Source: the human T2T-CHM13v2.0 reference genome, Homo sapiens. From it: a stretch of 64,000 nt of DNA. This document shows positions 1-17,439 of the stretch, one piece after another. The notes below the pieces were generated by a model. It worked only from the letters and a program-made list of their open reading frames with translations. It was not told the origin of the DNA and searched no databases. The stretch lies in the NCBI RefSeq assembly GCF_009914755.1, contig NC_060925.1; one strand, given 5' to 3'. Numbering within the stretch: position 1 is the first letter of the stretch; each line of letters opens with the position of its first letter. The translations under genes and the position numbers were made by a program.

Positions 1-307
1 AAGCCTCAAGCAACACACTTGAATAAAATACTTTTCTCAGCTCTTCTGTGGTATGCTATATCTTAGGGACTTTAAATGAGCTTGGAGGGAGGTTGTGATC
101 AAAAATCCTTGTAATATCTAAGAGCAGTTAACTTTGTCTCTCTAGTGAGAGGTGTCTCGTCACAATTGCATGCTTAGCAATTGTGCTTGGGACTCTTTAG
201 TGTTTTTGTTATCTTTCTGCCTATTTTCCTCTTTTAAAACTGTTGGAAGAAACTCCCAGTTGGAGAAAGTATTTACATGATGTTTCTTAGTTTTCCTTTC
301 TTCCCAG

Positions 308-310
308 AAG
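308..310 (+). other. Candidate 3-nt microexon (AAG) or recursive splice site
   Basis: ttttcctttcttcccag|AAG|gtaaga. Confidence 0.35.
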
Positions 311-2378
311 GTAAGAAACAATAGTCTTTTACTTTTATATTTATTATCTGTTGGAAAGAAAAGTTTGCCCTCTTTGTATCACTTTCCAGTTATTGTGAAA
401 CTTTATTATACTGTCTCTAAAGTACTCATATATGATCTAAAATGAAATAGTTTAAACACACTTAAAAATTATTTTTGAGCACAGATTTAAAGTGATTTCA
501 TCACCATATGGAAACTTGTGAAAGGGTATTTGGAAGTCCAAGTAGACGCATTGATTCATTTACCCCCCAACAAAGACCTCAATTATCCATATGCTCAATT
601 CACCAAATGCAAAACTTATTTTCCCTCTATTCCGTTCATGTTCTCTCTCCACAGTCAGCACCAAATTCCAGTTGGCTCCTCTGAAACATATGGTATGGGG
701 GTGGGTTGGGGTGTGGGATGAGGGTGGGGGTTATGGCAAGGATGGGGAGAATGAGCTTTTTAATGCTTTTGCATTCCAGTTATCTGAAGAGTTTCTGCTT
801 GGACACCTTTCAGCATAAAAAACTTCCTCTTAACATCTGTATCCAAAAAATAGAGAAAATATTCTAAAGTTGGAGAATGGGAGAAGCCCACTACAGAATA
901 TATATAGATGAAATAAAATGAAAGCTGAGTAATTTGAATGAGTCTTACTACTCTAGAATTTGATGAACAAATAAACTAAATATTTGCCTCATTTTTTCTT
1001 GATAAAAACAAGCACAGGCTAGATGAAAGAAAGCTAGTGTGGGGGGGAATTATGCACTACAATCAGTTGCTACTCATTGTTTTGACTTTATAAATCTTAT
1101 TTTCAAAGCAATATTGGTTTACTAGCAGAGTACAGCAGAAATCAATCATTTCTTGTCTAACTTCTTAATTTTAGTTTTATAAGTTTCTCTTTTATCAACC
1201 TTTTTATTGAACTATAACATACATATAGACAAGTGTACTGTAGCATACATATAGAAACATATAGAAACAGGTATCCATCAGAGAATTTTCACAAAGTGAA
1301 CATTGCCAAAAGTTCAGTCATGACTATTTCAGTCACAATCTTCCTCTCCTAAGGGTAACTCCTGTTCTGATTTCTAACACCATTACTATAGACTAAATGC
1401 ACGTAGACCCCCAAAAAACATTTGTGGAAGCAAATCCCCATTATGGTGATATTAGGAAGTAGGGCCTTTGGGAGTTTATTAGGTCTTAAGGGTGGGACCC
1501 TCATAAGTGGAATTCATGTCCTTATAGAAGAGACTCTAGAAAGCTGTCTTGTCTCTTCTGCCATGTGAGGGTACAGAGGGTAGGCAGCTGTCTATGAACC
1601 GGAAACTGGCCTTCACCAGACAATGAATCTAATGGCACCCGGATCTTGAACTTCCCAGCTTCTAGAACAAGCTTGTCCAACCCTTGGCCTGCAGTCCACA
1701 TGTGGTCCAGTATGGCTTTGAAACACACATTTGTAAACTTTCTTAAAGCATTATGACTTTTTTTTTGCAATTAAAAAAAAACTCATCAGCTATTGTTAGT
1801 TTTAGTGTATTTTATGTGTGGCCCAAGACAATTCTTCTTCCAATGTGGCCCAGGGAAGCCAAAAGATTGAACACCCCGGGATGGTTCCAACATGGCTTAA
1901 TAGGAACAGCTCCAGTCTACAGCTCCCAGGGTGAGCGATGCAGAAGATGGGTGATTTCTGCATTTCCAACTGAGCTTGGAAGAGAGTAGTGGTTCTCCCA
2001 GCACAGAGCTTGAGATCTGAGGACAGACAGACTGCTTCCTCAAGTGGGTCCCAGACCCCCGAGTAGCCTAACTGGGAGGTACCCCCCCGTAGGGGCAGAC
2101 TGACACCTCATACGGACGGGTACCCCTCTGAGATGAAACTTCTAGAGGAACGATCAGGCAGCAACATTTGCTGTTCACCAATATTCGCGGTTCTGCAGCC
2201 TCCGCTGCTGATACCCAGGCAAACAGGGTCTGGAGTGGACCTCCAGCAAACTCCAACAGACCTGGAGCTGAGGGTCCTGACTTTTAGAAGGAAAACTAAC
2301 AAACAGAAAGGACATCCATACCAAAACCCCATCTGTACATCACCATCATCAAAGACCAAAGGTAGATAAACCACAAAG

Positions 2379-3390
2379 ATGGGGAAAAAACAGAGCAGAA
2401 AAACTGAAAATTCTAAAAATCAGAGTGCCTCTCCTCCTCTAAAGGAACGCAGCTCCTCACCAGCAACAGAACAAAGCTGGACGGAGAATGACTTTGATGA
2501 GTTGAGAGAAGAAGACTACAGACAATCAAACTTTTCTGAGCTAAAGGAGGAAGCTTGAACCCAGCGCAAAGAAGTTAAAAACCTTTAAAAAAGATTAGAC
2601 GAATGGCTAACTAGAATAACCAACGCAGAGAAGTCCTTAAAGGACCTGATGGAGCTGAAAACCATGGCACGAGAACTACGTGACAAATGCATAAGCTTCA
2701 GTAGACGATTTGATCAACTGGAAGAAAGAGTATCAGTGATGGAAGATCAAATGAATGAAATGAAGCGAGAAGTTCAGAGAAAAAAGAATAAAAAGAAATG
2801 AGCAAAGCCTCCAAGAAATATGGGACTATGTGAAAAGACCAAAACTACGTCTGATTGGTGTACCTGAAAGTGACGGAGAGAATAGAACCAAGTTGGAAAA
2901 CACTCTGCAGGATATTATCCAGGAGAACTTCCCCAATCTAGCAAGGCAAGCCAACATTCAAATTCAGGAAATACCGAGAACACAACAAAGATACTCCTCG
3001 AGAAGAGCAACTCCAAGACACATAATTGTCAGATTCACCAAAGTTGAAATGAAGGAAAAAATGTTAAGGGCAGCCAGAGAGAAAGGTTGGGTTACCCACA
3101 AAGGGAAGCCCATCAGACTAACAGCTGATCTCTCGGCAGAAACTCTACAAGCCAGAAGAGAGTGGGGGCCAATATTCAACATTCTTAAAGAAAAGAATTT
3201 TCAACCCAAAATTTCATATCCAGCCAAACTAAGCTTCATAAGTGAAGGAGAAATAAAATACTTTACAGACAAGCAAATGCTGAGAGATTTTGTCACCACC
3301 AGGCCTGCCCTAAAAGAGCTCCTGAAGGAAGCACTAAACATGGAAAGGAACAACTGGTACCAGCCACTGCAAAAACATGCCAAATTGTAA
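2379..3390 (+). pseudogene. L1 ORF1p (RNA-binding chaperone), disrupted
   Basis: ATG at 2379 (MGKKQSRK). In-frame stops TGA 2556 and TAA 2586. The C-terminal 186 aa (2830-3390) match ORF1p RRM/CTD. Confidence 0.95.
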
Positions 3391-3453
3391 AGACCATCAA
3401 TGCTAGGAAGAAACTGTATCAACTAACAAGCAAAATAGCCAGCTAACATCATA

Positions 3454-7275
<3,822 letters not shown>

Positions 7276-9009
7276 ACAATGAGTACACTTGCACACAGGA
7301 AGGGGGACATCACACACCAGGGTCTGTTGTTGGGTGGGGGCAGGGGGGAGGGATAGCATTAGGAGATATACCTAATGTAAATGACGAGTTAATGGGTGCA
7401 GCACACCAACATGGCACATGTATACATATGTAACAAACCTGCACGTTGTGCACACGAACCCTAGAACTTAAAGTATAATAAAAAAAAAAAAAAAAAGAAG
7501 ATTGAACACCCCTGCTCTAGCACCATAAAAAATAAATTTCAGTTGCTTATAACTCACCTGGTTTATGGTAATCTGTTATAGCATCCCAAATGTACTAAGA
7601 CAACCAGATATTAATTTTGTCTATTTTAATATTTTATATAAATAAAGTGAAGTTGTACGAATTTTTTCTTTTGTTTCCTTGGCTTGAGATGATGTTTGTG
7701 ATATTTATCCATGTTGTTGCATACAGGAGATACTTTATTGTTATTGCTGTATGTAATGATAATGATGGTATATAATAATTGATTATATCATATTTATTTG
7801 TTTCCAAACCTTGGTTTTTACATTCTTATACATGTATTCTGGTGCATGTGTGAACACATTTTTGGATATATAGCTAGAAATTGAATTTTGTGTAATTAGA
7901 TATGTGTAACAGCCTTAGTAGATAAATCAGCTTTTGTACCTGGTTGTGCCAAATTACATCCTTACCATCAATAAAAGAAATCTTTAGTTTTTTCACATCT
8001 GAACATTTTAGTCCTTCTGGTAATTGTGTAGTGATATCTCATTCTGCCTTTAACTTGCATTTAAAACTTATTAACTGACAAAAATACTTATTGACCATTG
8101 GAATGTCTTCTTTTATGAAACATTTATTCATTTAAATTTTTAAAAAGTAGATTGTATATCTTTTTTCTGAGTTGTAGAAGTTCTTTATTCTAGATATAAT
8201 TCATTTGTTAATAATACATGTAGCAAATACTGTCTCCCACCTTTGGCTTCTCTTACCTCTCTTCTAATGGTATCATTTGGTAAGCAGATATATTTAATTT
8301 TAATGTAGTCCAAGATATAAATTGTTTTCTTCATGATTACTCCCCTTTGTGTCTAGTTTAAAAAATCTTTGCTAACCTGAAAGGCCATGAAGGTATTCTG
8401 CATGTTATATGCTGAAATCTTGAGCCCTCGTATCTTGTACATTAAGATGTATCAAGTCATCTACAGTTAATTTTGGAGGGTAAGGTGTGAGATAGGGGCC
8501 AAGACACACTTTTTTCACATGCATAACCAATTACATAAGCACCCTTTATTTAAATAAAGACTGTCATTTCCTCACTGCTCTGAAACTGCATCTTTGTCAT
8601 AAATAAAATTTTCATATATGTGTGATTGTTTTCTGGAATCTCTGTCTTATTTATTTATTTTATACCAGTTGTATCAAATATTACAGCTTTGTAATAAATA
8701 TAGTTGGATATCTAGTGGTGTTAGACTTCCAATTTTGTTTATTTTCTTCAAGATTTTCTTTGGTTATTTTTAGCTTATGTTTCTATATGAATTTTAGAAT
8801 TATATTGCCAATTTACATTAAAATTGACATTGGTATTAATTGAGATTGCATTCAATCTGTTAATAAATTGCTGAAGAATTGTTGTCTTTACAGTACTGAG
8901 ACTTCTGATGCATGGTCATAAAATATCCCTCCATTTACTTACATCTTGTTTACTCTCAGTAATGTTTTATAGTTTTAAGAGTAGATTTCTTATACAAAAT
9001 AATTAAGTT

Positions 9010-12000
9010 AACCCCCAAATCAATTAACCACTGTCAGACAGAAACCCATCACTTCTTCAAAAAAAAACTACAAACCTTGTCTCAGTAATATAGTATTTAT
9101 TACATCAAGCATGCAATAAAATTACTAGATCTATGAAGAAACAAGAAATTGTTCCCTTTAAGTACATAAAACAATTAGTAAATAGAAACAGTCTCAGAAA
9201 TGATGATATTAATAGACAAGGATTTTTATAACAGTTATTTAAAATATGTCCAAGGACGTTTAAATCCCTGAAAAAAAAAAGACAGGCAAATAATGAGGGA
9301 ACAAACAATAGATCTTAATAGAGAAAACAAAACACGAAAACCACAAATGTTAATTCCAGATCAAAAAAATTATGATATTTGGTATAAAATTATGCTGGAT
9401 AGACTTGACAACAGAACTGACACTGTAGAAGATGAGACCAGTGAACTTTAAGACAAGTAATACAAACAAACCAAATGAAACACAAAGAGAAAAAAGACTG
9501 AGAAGAAATTATATAGCACCTCAGTTATTTATGGGGAAATTTCAAGTGGTTTCGTACATATCTAGTTGGAGACACCAGAAGGAGAGGAGAGATTAGGGCA
9601 ACAAATATTGAAGTAAACATGTCTGAATGTTTTCCAAATTTTATGAGAACTTTAAGCCCCTAATCTAAGAATCAAAGTAAACCACAAACAGCAGAAATAC
9701 ATGGAAAACCACACCTAGGTATCATAATCGAATTACTAAAAACCAAAAGGAAAATATTAAAGGTATCCCCCAAAAGACAAAATAACAATAAAAAGAATGA
9801 CTGATAAATTCTTAAAGGAAACAATGAAGGCCAAAGGCAATGGAAAGATTTTTATATTCAGTGAAAGACTTTTATATCCAGTGAAAATACTCTTCAAAAA
9901 TGAAGAGGAAACAAAGATATATTCAAAGAAGTAAATGTTGAGAGAATTTGTGGTGGACAGGTGAAAACCATAATATACATTAACATAAGTTATTTAGGCA
10001 AAAGCAAATGATATTAAATGAAAACTCAAATCTATACACAAAATAAAGGTTCTTCAAATGGGAAACATGTATGTCTAAAATAACTTTATGTTCCTTATTT
10101 CTCAGTGTCTTTAAAAGATAAATGGATAATTAGAGAAAAATAATGATATATTTTGTATTTTAACATATATAAAAGTAAAATGAATGACAATTATACAAAG
10201 ATGAGAGAGGAACTAGATATATACTGTTATAGGTTCTTACATTATATGTGAAATGATAGAATATTAATTCAAAATAAACTGCTATTAAATAAAGGTACAT
10301 ATTGTAAATATTAGATCAAACTTTAAAAGATAAAAGAGGTACAAATAAAAAGCTAATATAAGATATAAAATGGTATACTAAAATGTGTTTAGTTAATGAA
10401 AAAGTCAAGAAAATATAGCAAAGGAACAAAGATAAGACAATTAAAAAACATATTAAAACTAGTAGACCTAAAATCAATAATATAAATAATTACATGAGAT
10501 ATAAATGGACTAAATACTTTGATAAAACAGCAGAGATTCTTAGACTGTATAAACAAGCAAGATCTGCCTATATGCTATTTATAAAAAATACACTTTAAAT
10601 AAAAAGACACATACACAGGTTAAAAGTGAAAGGAGTAAACAAGATATATCATAAAATTTTAATAATCAGGAGGCTGGAATGGCTATCTTAATATTAGATA
10701 AAGTCAATTTCAGGCAAAAAATTTATCCAAAAAAAGAGGAGAATTTCATAATGATAAAAAGGTCACTTCACTAAAAATATGTAATAAACCTAAGTGTATA
10801 TGCAACTAATTAAAGAGCTTCCAGATACATGCAGCAAAAATTGATGGACCCAAAGGGAGAAACAGACATATTCACAATTAGAGTTACTAAATTTAGCTCT
10901 ATTTTCCAGGTAACTAATAGATAAGACTACAAAATTCAGCAAGGGTATTGGCAACTTAAATGTTACTATCAACCACTTGATACTTATAGAATATGGAAAA
11001 CACATTTTTTTAAAGTGCCCAGGGAACATGAACCAAGGTTAGGCCATATCTTATATCAAATCTCAATTAATTGAAAATAATTGAAACCATAAACAGTCAT
11101 TTTCTGACAACATTAATATCAAATTACAAATCAATAACAATAAAATTGTCTGGAAAATGAAAAAATATTAAGGAAAACATTTTTACGTAACCCATGAGTT
11201 AAAGAAAAACAAATGTGGGAAATTAGAAAATACTTTGAAAAATAATTAAAATACAACATATCAAAATTTGTGTAATGCAACTGAAGCTGTGCTTAGAGAG
11301 ATATTCCTACAGCTTAAATACTTTTACAAGGAAAAGATAAAAGGTTTAAAATAAACAACCTAGCTTTCTGCTATAAGAAGCAAGAATTAAAAAAAGCAAA
11401 TTAAACTCATTGTGAATAAAAGGAAGGAAATAACGATGACAGAGGACACATAAAAAAGTCCATATATGATAGAGATAATGTAAAAAAAGAACCCTAGTTA
11501 TAATAGTGAATAAAATAGACAAAACTCTATTTAGATTGATCACAAAATTTTAAAAAGTATGCGGGAGAGAAGACACAAATTTCCAATATTAAAAAAGAAA
11601 GAGAAGGGCATGAGAAAGATAATAAATATTATGAACAATTTTATGCTAATACCATTGAAAATGTAAAGGAAATAAAAAAGTTCTTAAAAGACAAATGATG
11701 AAAACTAAAAAAGAAGATATAGAAAACTTGAATAGCTTCATAACTACTAAAATTGAATTCATAATTAAACACCTTCCCACACACATACACATAAAGGTTA
11801 ACTGATAAATTCTGTCAACATTTGTTTAAAAAATAACACCATCCTACCAATTATTTTCACAAAGTAGGAGAGAGGAAACATTTCCCAATTAATTCATTAT
11901 TAATTAAATTTTGTATTATCCTTTTCCCAGAACCAAACAGAAATATTAAAGACAAATAAGCTTCCTTAACATATACTAAAAACTTTTAAAGTATTAGAAA

Positions 12001-14030
12001 ATAATTCAGCAAAATGTAAAAAATATAACACATTATGATAAAGCAAGGCTTATTCAAGGAATTCAAAGTTGGTGTAAGATTTAATAAGTGTAATTCATGA
12101 TATTATCAGAATAAAGGAGGAAAAACTGTGTGCTCTTCCTAATTGATGTAGAGAAAGCATTTGATAGAATTCAACACCCAGACTTGTTACAGACAAAATC
12201 TCCCGGGGGTAGACAGGATCATGTTAATGATAGAAGATTGAGCCCTTTCCCCTCTAACACTGGGAAAAGGAAGAATGTCTGCTCTTTACTACTATTCAAC
12301 ATTATGCTAGAGGCCTTGGCAAGTGTATTAGCTGGGTGGAAAAAAAGCAAACAAAATGGAAAGAAGTGCAACTTTATAGATGAGATGATCATGTACCTAG
12401 AACATTCTGAAGAATGTATGAAAAGAGCTACTGGAGCTACTAAGTAAATTTAGCAACATCACAGAATATAAGTGCAATCTAAACTCAATTTTTTAAATCT
12501 ATACTATTAATACAAACTTGGAATATGTAATAAAAATGTCATTTATAATACATTAAAAGTCATAAAATATTTAAGATAAAGCTAACAAAATAAATGACAT
12601 ATTCATAAAAATATAGGGAGATGAGAGAAATTAAATAGGATGTATATTTATAAAGAATGTATGTTTACATATTGCAAGATTGAATATTGCTGAGATTTCT
12701 ATTCACCTGAAATTATCTGTAGATTCAGCCTGATTTCAATAAAAAATCTCAGCTGTTCCTTTTGTAGAAATATCCAAGTTAATCTCAAAATCTATATGGA
12801 ACACAAAGAACCTACACTAGCCAAAACAACCTATGAAACAAGAAAAAGCTGAAGAACCTGTACTATCTGTCTTTAAGTCTTTTTATAAAACCACAACAAT
12901 TATTAATGCACAGATAAACAAATAGGTCAGTGAAACAGAATGGTAAGTCGAGAGAGACCTACAATGATTTTGTCATAGGCACAAAGCAATTCAATGAGGA
13001 AAGGAAAGCCAATTCAACAAAAGGCACTGAAACAACTGGAAAGCCACATAGAAAGAAACAACTCCTATTTCATGCCACATATAAAATTAATTCAAGATAT
13101 ACCATAGCTCTAAAGATAAAAACTACAACTATAAAGCTTAGAAGAAAAGGAGAATATTTTCAAAGCCCTTGACAATACCTTCTTAGATTCATCTCAGAAA
13201 GCACTAACCATAAAAGAAACAAAATTCATAAAGTGGACCTTTTCAAAATTCACAACTTATGCTCATTGGAATTTATCATTAAGAAAATTTGTATCAGATC
13301 AAATATCAGGAAAAATGTTTTCAATACCTATATATTATAAAGGCCTTTTAAAAATAATAACAAAGACAAACAATCTCATTAAAATGCATAACAAATTTGA
13401 ACAGGCACTTCATAAAAGGAAATATAAAAATGGTCAGTTAATGTGTCAAAAGGGAGATGCAAATTCAAATCAAAACAGCACATTACTACAAACCTCTAGA
13501 ATGGCTAAAATGAAAAATATTTACAACACCAAGTTTTTATATAGTTAAATATACACCTACCTTATGACTCAGCAATTCCACTTCTGGGAATTTATCCAAA
13601 TGAAATGAAAGCACATGACTACAAAAAGTATTGTATGAGAATGCCATAGCAGCTTTACTCGTAATAGCAACTGAAAACAGCCCAAATGTCTATTGGTGAG
13701 AGAATGTAAAATAAGCAAATGGCGGTATGTTCATTCAATGGAATACTACCCAGCAATAAAAACAAAGAACTGGTACATACAACAAAATGGCTGAAACTCA
13801 AATTCATTATGCTGAAAGAAAGAAACCAGAAAGTACATACTGTATGATTCCATTTCTATAAAACTACAGAAAAGACAAAACTAATACACTGTGAAAGAAA
13901 TCAGAACGGCGGTTGTCTCTGGCAAGACAGAACTAACAGAGTGAAACGGGAGAGAAATTTCTAGGGTGATTTAAATATTTGACTTTCTTATAGAGGAGTG
14001 GGTTACATGAGTATGTGCGTTTACCAGTAG
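9010..14030 (+). mobile_element. Old, decayed long L1M (L1ME/L1MD-like) with ORF1, ORF2 and 3'UTR remnants
   Basis: A-rich strand with decayed ORF2 peptides (LIDVEKAFDRIQHP; LLFNIMLEALA) and L1M 3'UTR (actgtatgattccattt, caaaactaat). Confidence 0.8.
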
Positions 14031-14128
14031 TATATATATAAGTCCCTACTCTGTAATGCTCAAGAGATACAACCATTTCCCCATCAGAGACCTCTATAAA
14101 AAGGAAGAAAGCCTGAGACATTTTATAA

Positions 14129-14129
<1 letters not shown>

Positions 14130-14159
<30 letters not shown>

Positions 14160-14172
14160 GAGAGACACACAC
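14130..14172 (+). repeat. (CA)n microsatellite
   Basis: Direct reading. Confidence 0.95.
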
Positions 14173-14660
14173 GGGGGTGTATTCCTAATAAATTTGGTCC
14201 TTTTAGCATTACGAAATATACCACTTTATTTCTATTAATTCTTCTTACCCTACAAATCAACTGATCTGTTATTTCGATAATTTTACAGTCTTTAGTTTAC
14301 ACATTTCCTAGTGTTCACATATTTTTATTTTTCATCCTTTTACTTTGAGTTTTTCTGTATTTTCATTTTCTTAGTATGTCTTGTAAAGAACATATAGATT
14401 TTTAAAACTTCATAATATATTATGAATATCTTAATATATCATAACCATACTACATTAATATGGAATATTCAGTCTGTTTGCACTTGATGTAGTTATTGAT
14501 ATATTTGGGTTTCATCTGTTACCAAACAATTTGTTTTCTACAAGTCTTCTGTATTCTCCTCTCTCTCCTTATTTTCTTTTAGTTGAATAATTTTTATTTT
14601 CTTATGAAATTGTTAATAGAATTGAAGTAACCTGCTAACTTTCTAGAATCTTAACGTTAT

Positions 14661-14830
14661 GTTTGTTTGTTTGTTTGTTTTTAGAGATAAGTTCTTGCTC
14701 TGTTGCCCAGCCTAGAGTGCAGTAACACCATCAAAGTTCACTGCAGCCTCAAACTACTGGGCTCAAGTGATTCTCTCACCTCACCCTCAGTAGTAGCTGG
14801 GTCTCCGGACTCATGCCATCATACTCAGCT
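14661..14830 (-). mobile_element. Alu right-arm monomer (FRAM or AluJ half) with (GTTT)n tail
   Basis: cttgctctgttgcccagcctagagtgcagt...cactgcagcctc...gggctcaagtgat. Confidence 0.85.
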
Positions 14831-15404
14831 TAAAATATTAATATTTTGCCACATTTGCTTCAAATCTTTATTTTAAATTTTAAAAGTGTACATACAATGG
14901 AAGCCTCCTGTGTTAATTCTCAAGTATTTATTGCTATGACATAATTTATGTGAAAAGTAATATTAAGTGATTTGGGAGAGTTTCACTCTAACAAGGGAGA
15001 ATTATTTCAAACTTCACATATTTTCCAAGAGGGATAGTTGTGTCTTTTCTTCAGTGATAACGAGTGTGTATTTTATAAATAGCAGAATCTATTTCTTCCC
15101 AGTGAATGTGCTTCATTTAGACCACGTTTCCTACCAAAAGGAAGGCAGCAGAGAGTAGCTGTTCCACTAATTGACATAGAAGAACAGAACGTTACTATTG
15201 AGTGCTTTTTCTTCACTTCCTGCCTGCATCTTTTATTGAGTCTCACTGCTGTCCTTCAATTATTCCCAACTCTATATATTTTAAGAGATGCAACCATTTC
15301 TCTATAGAAGATAACTTTTTAAAAAGGAACAAGAGCTAAGGCACAAATGTCAAAAAATATGGTCCTCTTGTAAATGAATTTTCAACTTTCAAAGCCTCTT
15401 TACT

Positions 15405-15560
15405 TACATAATCTTATGGAATTCTCAGGACAATTCTGTGAGGTAGTCTGGGTGGTATTCTCCCCATTTTACAGAGTTCCACAGAAATTCTTGCTTTACA
15501 TCCATCGCAAGCCCACTAGATGAGGAAACAGGGACTGAAACAAAGTTCCATGAAACTCTT
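15405..15560 (-). mobile_element. MIR SINE fragment
   Basis: acaattctgtgaggtag...ccccattttacaga core. Confidence 0.6.
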
Positions 15561-17439
15561 TCCACAGACCAAATTTTCAGAAGTGGACTTTCATAAAGTC
15601 AACAAGGTGCATCTTCAATGCTTGTCATCCTAAGCTGAACTATAGATATATTCCAAGTCCAAACCCTAACATGTTTATTTCTAGAGCTCTCACATAGCTG
15701 TCACCTGCTCTTACACCTGCAGCACTTCCCTATGTTGGTCTTCTTTCTAGCACCAGCACCCCATACTATGTAATTTTTTTTAGTACTTGCCAGGGCTTAC
15801 CAGTCCTGCTTTCCATTCTCTTTGTTTTACTAAGTGACAGAAGACATCTTAGCATATTGGCAGTTATGGGTCCTTTTGTTACTACCTTGTACCCAGAATA
15901 CACATTGGCATTCTGAAGGCCATGGAGATAACATCTTAATTCAATTCAGTTACCATGATGGTGGATATTTCAGTATCCAAAGAACAGAAATGAAAACAAA
16001 CACAAATTCAATCCCATTTGGTGGCAGACCAATTAGAAAGAGTGGTTAAAGACATAAATTAACTTTACTCTTAGTGAACTTGGAGCTCCAAGGAAAAGGA
16101 AACCAAGCTTCTCCTTCTCCACATCCTTTATGCCTCCCTACACTTAGGCTATTTGAAAAGCTAAATATAACCTGAATGGACTCTGATAATGCTGACTTCT
16201 CATTTTCCTCAACTTCCTTGAACTCTCAAGAGAGAAAACTGATTGTCTACCTGGGAAAGACATCCCATCTTATTTTTTTTCCAGCCCTTAGATCTACAGG
16301 TGATAAAAGATCCCGAGTTATTCCCATAAAATACTGAGGCTTCTGTCCACTCTTAGTGTTTATATCCATGTGTCTCAGGAGGTTTAATTACTGATTGAAA
16401 AAAATATGCCCAAGAGGAAAAATGGTGTCAGTGATTCCTTGGTTAAGAGCAGAAAAACATTCTTAGCAACAACTAAAGGTAAACAAGAAGTAAAGAAACT
16501 AAGACTATGACCCTTTTCTAATGAATAAGCACTTTTTTTTTCTTTGAAAACTAGCTCTGAATCAGATATCCTTTGATGTTAAAAGGTCCGTTTCATACAA
16601 TGACAATAAACCAGAAGTGATCTGAAATTTCTTTTTTCAAAAATTTTCCTAGGTCTCAGCCTCAATCTTTGCCTTGTCCTTTGTCCCATTCTTTTTCCCT
16701 CTTTTTCCACTCTTCAGATTGTAAATTTTCTTTTGGTAGGCTGTTTTCTATCAGGTCAGATTTTGCTGAATGCCCAAGAGACTGATGTAATTCTGACTAG
16801 TGTTGATGGATTGAATAAAATCACTAATCATTGCTTGAAAGTTATTCCAGACAAAAGAGAAATGGAGTTGAGAAGAACGATGGGGCTTTTGAGGATAGGG
16901 TCATTTTCTGACTTTTGAACTTGGCAGATTTCAGACAAAAACAGCTGTATGTAAGAGATGGGTGATGATGGAATACATCAATTGCCATCATCAGGATTTA
17001 GATACACTTGAGAGTGGCTGGAAGTCCTGGCATGTAGAATTACCAGAGGAATCTTCTTTTAGGAAGAAAAGGTGAACACTAATTGCAATGGTACATGAAG
17101 GTCAGATCTCAGAGTAGTGCCAGAGACAGTAGTGTCCATTGCACCTTTCTGCCTACTATTTGTAACACAATCTTCTGACTCTTCAACCTGTCTTGAAACT
17201 ACCAGGTCAAGGTACTTGCCTCTTTACCTCCTTATCTCCTTAATGCCTTTCTGACTTACTGACTAAGGATCATATTTGGTGATGTCAAGTAATATTAACT
17301 ATGATTTTAAAATTGAGTTTTAAAATGAAGGACCCTCACCTTGTTATCAACCCACCCTAGACTAACAGTTTAAATACTGTTGGACTTGGATACTAATCCA
17401 AGTAGATTTTTAGGTGTCTTAAATCACACATAAAATATT

